This document shows, piece after piece, positions 42,452-52,020 of a DNA stretch of 64,000 bases. The position numbers and the translations under genes are program-made. Source of the DNA: an uncultured bacterium (GTDB lineage: Bacteria; Krumholzibacteriota; Krumholzibacteriia; LZORAL124-64-63); NCBI GenBank assembly GCA_963732385.1, contig CAVSZB010000003.1, positions 32,001 to 96,000 on the forward strand. Direction: 5' to 3'. The number at the start of each line of letters is the position of its first letter. Position 1 is the first letter of the stretch. Under the pieces are notes generated by a model. It saw nothing but the letters and a program-made list of their open reading frames with translations, had not been told where the DNA came from and made no database searches.

Positions 42452-44239
42452 TCAGTCGAGTTCCCAGTTTTCTGCGAGGCGCAGGGGGGTGACGGTGAGA
42501 AATCGCCATGTGTCCCGTAACTCGCCGTGCAGCAACGAGTAAGCGGTCATCCCGACGGCCGGGACGAGCGCGGCCTTGCCGTCGCCCAGCCCCTTTTCGT
42601 CCGGATCGCCGTTCAGCAGCGACTCCAGCAGTTCCCTCTTCACCGGGAAGTGCGCCACCGTGACCTTCCGGTCGGCCGGGATCGCGGCCAGCTCCCTGGC
42701 CACGGCGATCGCCCGGGTCAGCCCGCCCACTTCGTCGATCAGCCCGTTCGCCTGCGCCTGGCGGCCGCTCCAGACCCGGCCGTGCGCCAGCTTTTCGGCG
42801 TCGGCGAAACTCAGGCCGCGGTGGCGCGCCACGTCGGCGAGCCAGGCGTTGAACTCGGCCCAGTGGTTGTCGGTGAACAGCTGCCACTCCCGGGGCGTGT
42901 AGTCGCGGGTGGCGGACTCCATGAGGGCGTTGGCGCCGAGCGTGTCGGCGGTTTCGGTCACGCCGAGTTTGTCGAGCAGCCCCTTGACGTTGAACTTGCC
43001 GCTGATCGAGCCGATCGAGCCGGTCGTGGTGGCGGCGTCGGCCACAAGCTTCGACGCTCGGTAGGCCATGTCGTAGCCGCCCGACGCGGCCACGTCCACC
43101 ATCGATACGACCACCGGCTTGACCTTCGCGGTGATCTCCACCTCGTGGCTGATCAGATCGCTCGCCAGCGACTCGCCGCCGGGGCTGTCCACCCGGAAGA
43201 CGATCGCGGCGACCTTCTTGTCGGCGCGTGCGCGGCGCAGCTCGCGGCAGACGGTCTCGTGCCCGATCATCGGGCCGAGCAGCGGGTCGACGCGGCTCTC
43301 CCGGCCACCGATCATGCCGTGCGCGTGGATGACGGCGATCGTCCGCTTCCCCTTCAGCCCGAGCTTCTGCGGCTTCACCTTCGCGTAGCGCTCCTGCGTG
43401 ACGATGCGCAGGCGCGTGTCTTTCGGCTGTTTCAGGCGCGCCTCGAGGTCGTCCCAGTAGCAGACGCCGTCGATCATGCCGGCTTCGGCGGCCTCTTCGG
43501 GCCGGAACAGCGCGCGCTCCATCCACCCGGCGATCGTGGCCGGTTCGATCTTCCGGTCGTCCGCCAGCGACGCGGCGAACAGCTCCGACCTTTCGCGCAG
43601 CATCCAGCGGCGGTTCTCGCGCGCTTCGGGCGAGGCGTCGGTGCGCTGGATCATCTCCGCGGCCGACTTGTAGTCCTTGATCTTGTGCAGGTTGTCGCGC
43701 ACGCCGAGCTTGTCGAGGGCGCCGCGGATATGCTGTGACATCGCCACAAAACCGGCGAACTGCAGGTAGCCCGTGGGCGGCATGAACAGCGAGTCGCAGG
43801 CGGCGGCGAGCGCGTAGACCGGACGGTCGAGAGTGTCGGCCCACCCGTACACCTGCTTGCCCGCGGCGCGCAACGCCAGCACCTGCTCGCGGATCTCCTG
43901 CAGCTTGGCGACGCCGGCGCCGCAGTTGCTCGACAGTTTGAGGATGACGCCGTCGATCCGCTTGTCGACCCGCGCCTTCTCCAGATCGGTGAGCACGCGC
44001 TGCAGCGTTGCCGCGTCGCCGCCCAGCACCGCGCCGGCCAGGCCGTCGCCAGGCAGGTCGTACTCCGGCAGGGCGCCGTACAGGTCGATGACGAGCCAGG
44101 AGTGGCCGTGGATCTTCCCCTGCCCGCCGCCTCCCGCCTTCACGAGCACCGCGCCAACTATCAGCCCGAGCGCGAGGACGACACCCAGGACCGTGGCCAG
44201 CAGTTGGGACAGGAAACCGGCGCGATCGTGATGATTCAT
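42452..44239 (-). CDS. sppA: Signal peptide peptidase SppA (67K type, S49)
   Basis: YKSAAE, RVDSPGG, SMVDVAASGGY, TGSIG, GRVWSGRQA..GLIDEVGG; start ATG 44239. Confidence 0.94.
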   Translation of the reverse strand: MNHHDRAGFLSQLLATVLGVVLALGLIVGAVLVKAGGGGQGKIHGHSWLVIDLYGALPEYDLPGDGLAGAVLGGDAATLQRVLTDLEKARVDKRIDGVILKLSSNCGAGVAKLQEIREQVLALRAAGKQVYGWADTLDRPVYALAAACDSLFMPPTGYLQFAGFVAMSQHIRGALDKLGVRDNLHKIKDYKSAAEMIQRTDASPEARENRRWMLRERSELFAASLADDRKIEPATIAGWMERALFRPEEAAEAGMIDGVCYWDDLEARLKQPKDTRLRIVTQERYAKVKPQKLGLKGKRTIAVIHAHGMIGGRESRVDPLLGPMIGHETVCRELRRARADKKVAAIVFRVDSPGGESLASDLISHEVEITAKVKPVVVSMVDVAASGGYDMAYRASKLVADAATTTGSIGSISGKFNVKGLLDKLGVTETADTLGANALMESATRDYTPREWQLFTDNHWAEFNAWLADVARHRGLSFADAEKLAHGRVWSGRQAQANGLIDEVGGLTRAIAVARELAAIPADRKVTVAHFPVKRELLESLLNGDPDEKGLGDGKAALVPAVGMTAYSLLHGELRDTWRFLTVTPLRLAENWELD

Positions 44240-44375
44240 GGCCGAGACCTCCAGGGGAAGGCGTGGCGCCGGTCCGCGGCCGGGGCGGGGCGGCGGGGGC
44301 GTTCGGGCGCGATCATAACGTACATTCACTCTACGGGGTTGCCCCAGGATCGCCGGTTCGCTATTCTGGCGCTCC

Positions 44376-45083
44376 ATGAAGAGCATTATTGTCGGCGACA
44401 TTCACGGTTGCTATGCCGAACTCCTTGCCCTGCTCGACGCCGCCGGAATCGGACCGGACGATCGCGTCATCGCCATCGGCGACGTGTCCGACCGCGGTCC
44501 CGAGTCCCCCGAGGTGCTCGAGTTCTTCCTGACGCGCCCCGGCGCCGTCTCGATCATGGGCAACCACGAGTGGAAGCACGGGCGCGGCGTGAGCGGCCTG
44601 TCGCAGCGCATCACCCGCGCGCAGTGCGGCGAGGCACTCTACGCGCGCGCGCTCGCCTGGATGCGCGAGTGTCCGCTCTGGCTCGATCTGCCCGAGGTCC
44701 TGCTCATCCACTGGGGGCTGATGCCGGGCGTGCCGCTGGCCGACCAGCACCCGGCCGTCCTGATCGGCGAACCGGCCGGCGAGATGTCGCTGCGCGAGAT
44801 GCTCGGCAACGAGGGCTGGTACGACGTCTATGAGGGCCCCAAACCGGTCGTCTACGGACATCACTCGTGGGCCGCCGGCGCCCGGCGCGATCTAACCTAT
44901 GGCATCGACACCGGTTGCGTGTACGGAATCTCCCTGACCGGGCTCGTGCTGCCGGAATTCAAGCTGGTGAGCGTGCCGGCGCGCGAGAATCACTGGGAAA
45001 GGGTGCGGGGCGAATGGGAAAAGGCGCTCACGGAGGGGATGCTGCTGGCGGAACCGGCAGGAGAGAACGACGAAGAGACATGA
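44376..45083 (+). CDS. Calcineurin-like metallophosphoesterase (PrpE/ApaH-like)
   Basis: GDIHGC, GDVSDRGP, GNHE, VYGH, IDTGCVYG. Confidence 0.93.
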   Translation: MKSIIVGDIHGCYAELLALLDAAGIGPDDRVIAIGDVSDRGPESPEVLEFFLTRPGAVSIMGNHEWKHGRGVSGLSQRITRAQCGEALYARALAWMRECPLWLDLPEVLLIHWGLMPGVPLADQHPAVLIGEPAGEMSLREMLGNEGWYDVYEGPKPVVYGHHSWAAGARRDLTYGIDTGCVYGISLTGLVLPEFKLVSVPARENHWERVRGEWEKALTEGMLLAEPAGENDEET

Positions 45084-45154
45084 GACGCCGCCGCGGCCGG
45101 CGCGCAACCCCTGTGCCGCCCGGATAGTGGCCGCGATCAACCCTTGCCGCCGGT

Positions 45155-45183
45155 TTGACTCCCTCCGTCCTGTCCGATATCTT
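45155..45183 (+). promoter_or_regulatory. sigma70-type promoter of dsrC
   Basis: TTGACT-N17-TATCTT, 41 nt upstream of the ATG. Confidence 0.65.
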
Positions 45184-45224
45184 CGCCTCCGGAGATTCAC
45201 CCAGCATTCCGGAGGGTTATTCTC

Positions 45225-45542
45225 ATGCCTCAGTTCGAGCATGGCGTCATCAAGGTCGAAATCGATGAGAACGGTTTTCTGACGGAGCCCGGCTGCTGGA
45301 CGGAGCAGGTGGCGACCGCGTTCGCGGACGTCGAGGGGATCGGCGCGCTCACCGCGGACCACTGGAAAATCATGAACTACCTGCGGACCTACCACGCCCA
45401 GTTCGGCGTGGCGCCGATGATCCGTAAATTGTGCAAGGAGACCGGCTTCTCGCTCGCGCAGATCTACGAGCTGTTCCCGGCCGGTCCCGCCAAGGGGGCC
45501 TGCAAGGTGGCCGGGCTCCCCAAGCCGACCGGCTGCGTCTGA
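45225..45542 (+). CDS. dsrC: DsrC/TusE family sulfur carrier with both C-terminal cysteines
   Basis: DENGFL, HWKIMNYLR, APMIRKL, YELFPAGPAKGACKVAGLPKPTGCV (C-X10-C). Confidence 0.9.
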   Translation: MPQFEHGVIKVEIDENGFLTEPGCWTEQVATAFADVEGIGALTADHWKIMNYLRTYHAQFGVAPMIRKLCKETGFSLAQIYELFPAGPAKGACKVAGLPKPTGCV

Positions 45543-45648
45543 CGCCCCGAAAGGCGAGGCGCAGGCAGACACAGAAGCGCCGGGATCCTTGCGGACCACG
45601 GCGCCTCCTGGCAGCGACGGGTCGCCCTCCCGTCACCGTCCCTAAACG

Positions 45649-46446
45649 TTACTTGGCCACCAGGGCGCGCGCAAGGGCTGACCGCCCGGAAGCGTCGCGC
45701 AGGCGCAAGATATACAATCCGGCCGCCAGCGGTCGTCCGTCCGGACCAACCGCGTCCCACGGCACCGGACCCATGTCCGGCTCCGCCCACCCCTCCCAGA
45801 TGAGGCCGGCGCTGCGCCCGCGCAGATCGAACGCCTCCACGTGCGCGGGGCCGGATATGCTCACGGCAGCCGATACGAAGGTGCGCGGATTGAAGGGGTT
45901 GGGCGCCAGGCCGAGCGAAGGTCCCGCCGGGGCCGGGGGCGGATCAATCACCGGCGTGACTGCGGGGTCTTTCACGCGCACGGTCGTGGGGGGCAGGGTC
46001 ACGTCGGCGATGCGGATGGCGAGCGGGTCGAAGAGGCGCACCTCGACGGCGGTAATGGCCGCGAGGCCGCGAGCGTCGGCCCGGAAGTTCCAGCGGAGCA
46101 GTTCGCCCGGTCCGGTGACCCAACAGGTGGAGCCGATGGTAACGGCAAAACCGTGCCACGTATCGGGCGCCGTCAACTCGAACCCCTCCCAGACGAAACA
46201 GGGGGCGCTGCCGAAAAGCGCCCCCTTGCCGCCGCCGAGGCTGGTGAGGATGGCGGGATCGAAGCGCACCCACACCTCGACCGTGCGCACCTCGAGCGGC
46301 ACGTCCAGACAAATCGACAGGTGCGACGTGGCTTCGAGCGCGACGGTCGTTTCGGCGGGGGTGAAGTGCAGCGTGACGGCCGCCCCGGCCGTCGGGGCGA
46401 TGAGCACGAGCAGGGCGAACAGAACAACCGAGCTGGTCCCGCGCAT
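45649..46446 (-). CDS. Secreted cohesin-like domain protein with FlgD-Ig/T9SS-like C-terminal domain
   Basis: Signal peptide; VWVRFDPAIL...GPGELLRWNFRA cohesin-like sandwich; APNPFNPRT...FDLRGR...WDAVGPDGRPLAAGLYILRL. Confidence 0.75.
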   Translation of the reverse strand: MRGTSSVVLFALLVLIAPTAGAAVTLHFTPAETTVALEATSHLSICLDVPLEVRTVEVWVRFDPAILTSLGGGKGALFGSAPCFVWEGFELTAPDTWHGFAVTIGSTCWVTGPGELLRWNFRADARGLAAITAVEVRLFDPLAIRIADVTLPPTTVRVKDPAVTPVIDPPPAPAGPSLGLAPNPFNPRTFVSAAVSISGPAHVEAFDLRGRSAGLIWEGWAEPDMGPVPWDAVGPDGRPLAAGLYILRLRDASGRSALARALVAK

Positions 46447-48578
46447 GATGTTCTCCACTCCGGAAATCCCCCGTATGCATGACGGGCGAAAGGACATTGC
46501 CGCGGTGGGGCAGGCCCCGGACGTCAGCGTCCGGGGCCCGGTTCCCGCGTCGCGCAAGGCGACTACTTCATGAGACTCATCTTCCTGGTCTGGACATCCT
46601 CTCCGGCCTCGATCCGGCAGAAGTAGGTGCCCGAGGCGACCCGCCGTCCGGTGTCATTGCGACCGTCCCAGATCGCGTCGTGGTTGCCCGCCGCCATCAG
46701 GTCGTCGATCAGGGTGCGCACCAGGCGCCCGTCCACGCCGAACACCCGCAGCCGCACTGCCGTATCCACCGGCAGCGCAAAGCTGATCTTCGTCATGGGG
46801 TTGAAGGGATTGGGCACATTCTGCGCGAGCGCGAACACCCGCGGCAGCGAAGTCACATCCGGCTGCGTCACGGTCGTGCCGAGATCCTCATTGGCGACGC
46901 TGCGGGCGGTGATGGTGACGTTGGTCGGGCTGACGTCGGCCGGCAGCGTCACGCGGAGCAGCTCGCCCCGGCCCGCGAAGCCGGTGTTCGTGCCGAGCAG
47001 GGCCAGGCCGGCGTCGAGGCCGCCGGCGTTCTTCAGGAAGAACGGCGCATGCTGATCGGCGATCAGGGCGCCCGGCGCCACCTGGGCGACAACGCCGTCA
47101 GGCAGGTCGCCGCGGAGGCAAATGCCCTGCAACGCGGAGCAGGAATTGTCGAGCGTGAGCGCCCAGGTCGTATCGTCAACACGGGTCCAGGCGAGCACGG
47201 GGAGACCGCCGCCGGCAGGCACGGCCTTGCTGACGACGCCGAAGTTCATCGCGAAGATCATGAGGTCTTCGAAATTCACGACGCCGTCGGGGAGCGGAAT
47301 GCCGACGCGGCTGCGGTTGTGGGTGGGGCCGACGTCGCACTCGTCGTACGCACTCGTCAGCGGCGAGAGGCCGTAGGCGTATCCGAAAACGTTGATGTCC
47401 GCGACGTCGACCTTCCCGTTGTAGGCAAGGTCGCCCAGGGAGGCGCCGCACACATCTCCGAGCCAGTAGCAGGTGGCGCGGGCGTTGGCGGCCGCGGGGC
47501 TGTAGTTGAGCGCGATATCATAGACAAAGCCGCTGTAGTAGTAGATGTCACGATCCGCCGCGAGGGGCAGGCTGTGCGTCGCCGCGGACACGCTGCCGAT
47601 CCACCCTGAGGGCGGTGCCGTCGCCCGGGGTGGTCGTGTTCTCCGGATAACCCGGCTCGCCGGTGGCGTAGGTCGGGTAGCCGGTCCAGCGGCGGAAGCA
47701 GATCTGCGTGCCGTAGTAGTCGGTGGGAAGGGCGCTGTAGCCATCGGTCCAGGTCAGGTTGACCTTCTGATGCCCGGGCGTGGCGGCCAGATCTGCCAGG
47801 GCGGCGGGCGAAGTGTTGTCGGCAATAATGCCGTCGCTGTCGGAGGCACTGTTGCCCAGGGGGTCGATTGCCGTCACGGTGACGTCGATAAGGCCGTCCG
47901 TGGGCAGGCAGGTGGCTGAGGGTACGTCCCAGGTGGCCACGCCCAGCGTCGTAGCCGTCCGGCGCCACGCTGGCGCCGCCACCCAGGACAGTCAGGTCGG
48001 CCCGGATGTTCGCAATGCCAAAGGTCAAGTCGTCGTCGCCGACGGTGGCGGTGACGACGGCGTGGTCGGTGTTCTTGATGTAGTCGTCCGTGTGGGACAG
48101 TGTCGCGTTCGCGATGAACGTGTTCGTGACCGTCGGCGCGGTGCCGTCGACCACGACCAGTCCGTCATCCTCGGACAGGCCCAGGAGATCGGCGTTGAGG
48201 TTGTCACGCATCGCCAGCAGCGTGATGTCGATCGGCGTGGTGCCGTACCCGTCCGCCACGCGGGTGAAAGTCAGCTTGAACAGGTCGCCCAGCAGGATGC
48301 CGGTCTCGGTGCCCTGCAGCGCGGCGTCGACCCGGAAGCCCACGAGCGCGCCGCTGGTGATGGGGGTCGGGATGAAGTACGTCGGGTTATTGAACAGGCC
48401 GGCATCCGGCCTGGCGATCGTGGCGCTGGCCACGGCCGGATCCCACAACACCTCGATGGAGAATCCGAACAGGGGGGCCGAGGCGCCGCCCAGATACTTC
48501 ACCACGACTTCGCCCGTCGGACTGGCGATGTTGAGGTTCCGGGGATCGGGGACGCAGGCCACGTTGTTGCCGGCCAGC
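46433..48578. repeat. Direct repeat copy 1 (2146 bp) of a tandem duplication
   Basis: Aligns by eye with 49882-52020: near-identical flanks and a more divergent centre. Confidence 0.97.
46513..46538. terminator. GC-rich hairpin downstream of modular gene A (copy at 49960-49989)
   Basis: GGCCCCGGACG-TCAG-CGTCCGGGGCC; no U-tract, so it may be a stabilising/processing stem rather than a terminator. Confidence 0.45.
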
Positions 48579-49765
48579 AAGGCGTCCACCAGCGCACTCG
48601 TGTTCTCGGCGCCGACCTCGGGGTAATGGTATCCGCTGTCAGAAACCCAGGCACCCGTGTCGTCCTGGGTGGAGATGGACCAGGCCGCCGCTGAGCGCAG
48701 GGCGGTCAAGGTCGTCGTCGCGACCGGCAGGTTCTCGTACAACGCCATCATCGCGTAGGCAGTCGACTGCCAGTGGCGATCATTGACCAGGTCCGTGGCG
48801 CCGTACTGTTCGCTGAAGGCACCGTCGGCGTACTGGCAGGCCAGCAGCAGCGTCTGCAACGCGGGCAGCTCGGCGGTATGGGTGCCGGAGACCGCGAAGG
48901 CGTCGATGATGCCGGCCAAGCCGAGGGTGTAGCACCAGTAGATCGCGGTTTCCCCGGTCGGGTCGCTGCCCATGTTGGCTCCGTCGGGATCGAAGTAGCC
49001 GGGGTTGCCGGCGAAGCTGTCCTGGTAGATGACCTCGGCCATGGCCGCGGCCTCGGCGGCGTGGCCCGCTCCCGGGAAGGTCTCTTCCATCAGCATGGCC
49101 GCTTCGACCCAGAACGCGATGTCCCAGGGGATGATGCCGTTGCTGTAGCCCTGGGCGTAACGGATGTCGCGGATGTACGCGGCGAGTGCCGCCATCGTCA
49201 CGTAGACGCTGATGTCGCGGTCCCAGATCGCCTGCGCGCCTGCCCTGTAGTAGGCCGGGTCGGGGCAGTCCGGCAGGTTCGCGAAGCGCAGCAGGAAAAT
49301 CACATCCGGGCCCGAGCGGATCACTGCAGGCCCGACGCTTACGATGTGGTCGGCGGCGTCTTTCAGGGCGATGAACCGGGCCGGCTGGGGATCGAGGTTG
49401 TAGGCCCCCAGGATCCCCAGGGCGGTCACGCCATACAAATTCGTGGAACTCGACGACGAGCTGTGCACAAAGAGTGTTGTCACCCAGTCCCACCCGCCGT
49501 CATCGGGGTCCGCGTCGGAGGACCCGTTGCCGGCATTGTCCTCCGTGATGTCGGCCTGCATCTTCACGAGGTAATCTGCCCCGGCGAGCAGCGAAGCGAA
49601 ATAGTCCGTCGGGTCGCCAAAGCTCTTCTCCGCTGCCGGAGGCACTCCGACGCGAACCTTGCTTGGCGGGCCATCGAACGGCGAGGCGACGGGACCCATT
49701 GCCAACACAGGCGCGGCCAGGCCGAGCATGGCCGCAAGAGTGAAGACCGCGATGATTCGTCTCAT
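46563..49765 (-). CDS. Large secreted modular protein A: alpha/alpha-barrel (QW-repeat-like) head + cohesin-like/Ig/dockerin-like/FlgD-Ig chassis; two apparent single-base-insertion frameshifts
   Basis: Joins ORFs 47357..49771, 47548..47982 and 46563..47744. Extra bases at 47598 and 47950 relative to the paralog. About 1066 aa when corrected. Confidence 0.8.
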
Positions 49766-49881
49766 GTTCATTCCCCCTGATTCAGGCTGTTATGGCTGGT
49801 CTCGCTCGCATGGTGTTTCGTGGTTGAGCCGGCGCGGAAGCGGCTTGTCCCTCCCTTCGCTCTGACGCGTGGCGGTCAGTA

Positions 49882-52020
49882 CTGGTCCCGCGCATGATGT
49901 TCTCCACTCCGGAAATCCCCCGTATGCATGACGGGCGAAAGGACCTTGCCGCGGCAGGGCAGGCCCCGGACGCCAGCGTCCGGGGCCTGGCTCCCGCGTC
50001 GCGCGAGGCGACTACTTCATGAGACTCATCTTCCTGGCCTGGACATCCTCTCCGGCCTCGATCCGGCAGAAGTAGGTGCCCGAGGCGACCCGTCGTCCGG
50101 TGTCATTGCGACCGTCCCAGATCGCGTCGTGGTTGCCCGCCGCCATCTGGTCGTCGATCAAAGTGCGCACCAGGCGCCCGTCCACGCCGAACACCCGCAG
50201 CCGCACTGCCGTATCCGCCGGCAGCGCAAAGCTGATCTTCGTCATGGGGTTGAAGGGATTGGGCACATTCTGCGCGAGCGCGAACACCCGCGGCAGCGAA
50301 GTAACATCCGGCTGCGTCACGGTCGTGCCGAGATCCTCATTGGCGACGCTGCGGGCGGTGATGGTGACGTTGGTCGGGCTGACGTCGGCCGGCAGCGTCA
50401 CGCGGAGCAGCTCGCCCCGGCCCGCGAAGCCGGTGTTCGTGCCGAGCAGGGCCAGGCCGGCGTCGAGGCCGCCGGCGTTCTTCAGGAAGAACGGCGCATG
50501 CTGATCGGCGATCAGGGCGCCCGGCGCCACCTGGGCGACAACGCCGTCAGGCAGGTCGCCGCGGAGGCAAATGCCCTGCAACGCGGAGCAGGAATTGTCG
50601 AGCGTGAGCGCCCAGGTCGTATCGTCAACACGGGTCCAGGCGAGCACGGGGAGACCGCCGCCGGCAGGCACGGCCTTGCTGACGACGCCGAAGTTCATCG
50701 CGAAGATCATGAGGTCTTCGAAATTCACGACGCCGTCGGGGAGCGGAATGCCGACGCGGCTGCGGTTGTGGGTGGGGCCGACGTCGCACTCGTCGTACGC
50801 ACTCGTCAGCGGCGAGAGGCCGTAGGCGTATCCGAAAACGTTGATGTCCGCGACGTCGACCTTCCCGTTGTAGGCAAGGTCGCCCAGGGAGGCGCCGCAC
50901 ACATCTCCGAGCCAGTAGCAGGTGGCGCGGGCGTTGGCGGCCGCGGGGCTGTAGTTGAGCGCGATATCATAGACGAAGCCGCTGTAGTAGTAGATGTCAC
51001 GATCCGCCGCGAGGGGCAGGCTGTGCGTCGCCGCGGACACGCTGCCATCCACCCTGAGGGCGGTGCCGTCGCCCGCGGTCGGGATGTTAGGATACTCCGG
51101 CTCGAGGTCGGCATAGACCGGGTAGCCGGTCCAGCGTTTGAAGCGGATCAGCGCGCCATAGTAGTCGGTGGGAACAGCGCTGTAGCCATCGGTCCAGGTC
51201 AGGTTGACCTTCTGGTGCCCGGGCGTCGCGGCCAGATCGGCCAGGGCGGCGGGCGGCGTGTTGTCAGCAATAATGCCGTCGCTGTGCGAGGCACTGTTGC
51301 CCAGGGGGTCGATTGCCGTCACGGTGACGTCGATAAGGCCGTCCGTGGGCAGGCAGGTGGCCGAGGGCACGTCCCAGGTGGCCACGCCCAGCGTGTAGCC
51401 GTTCGGCGCCACGCTGTCGCCGCCCCCCAGGACAGTCAGGTCGGCCCGGATGTTCGGCAACGCCAAAGGTCGGGTCGTCGTCGCCGACGGTGGCGGTGAC
51501 GACGGCGTGGTCGGTGTTCTTGATGTAGTCGTCCGTGTGGGACAGTGTCGCGTTCGCGATGAACGTGTTCGTGACCGTCGGCGCGGTGCCGTCGACCACG
51601 ACCAGTCCGTCATCCTCGGACAGGCCCAGGAGATCGGCGTTGAGGTTGTCGCGCATCGCCAGCAGCGTGATGTCGATCGGCGTGGTGCCGTACCCGGCCG
51701 CCACGCGGGTGAAAGTCAGCTTGAACAGGTCGCCCAGCAGGATGCCGGTCTCGGTGCCCTGCAGCGCGGCGTCGACCCGGAAGCCCACGAGCGCGCCGCT
51801 GGTGATGGGGGTCGGGATGAAGTACGTCGGGTTATTGAACAGGCCGGCATCCGGCCTGGCGATCGTGGCGCTGGCCACGGCCGGATCCCACAACACCTCG
51901 ATGGAGAATCCGAACAGGGGGGCCGAGGCGCCGCCCAGATACTTCACCACGACTTCGCCCGTCGGACTGGCGATGTTGAGGTTCCGGGGATCGGGGACGC
52001 AGGCCACGTTGCCGGCCAGC
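49882..52020. repeat. Direct repeat copy 2 (2139 bp) of the tandem duplication
   Basis: Aligns with 46433-48578, offset about 3.45 kb. Confidence 0.97.

Noticed and set aside
46433..52020. Repeat pair as a diversity-generating retroelement (TR/VR) or mobile element
   Set aside because: No reverse transcriptase or transposase nearby, the repeat is >2 kb, and the differences are not adenine-specific.
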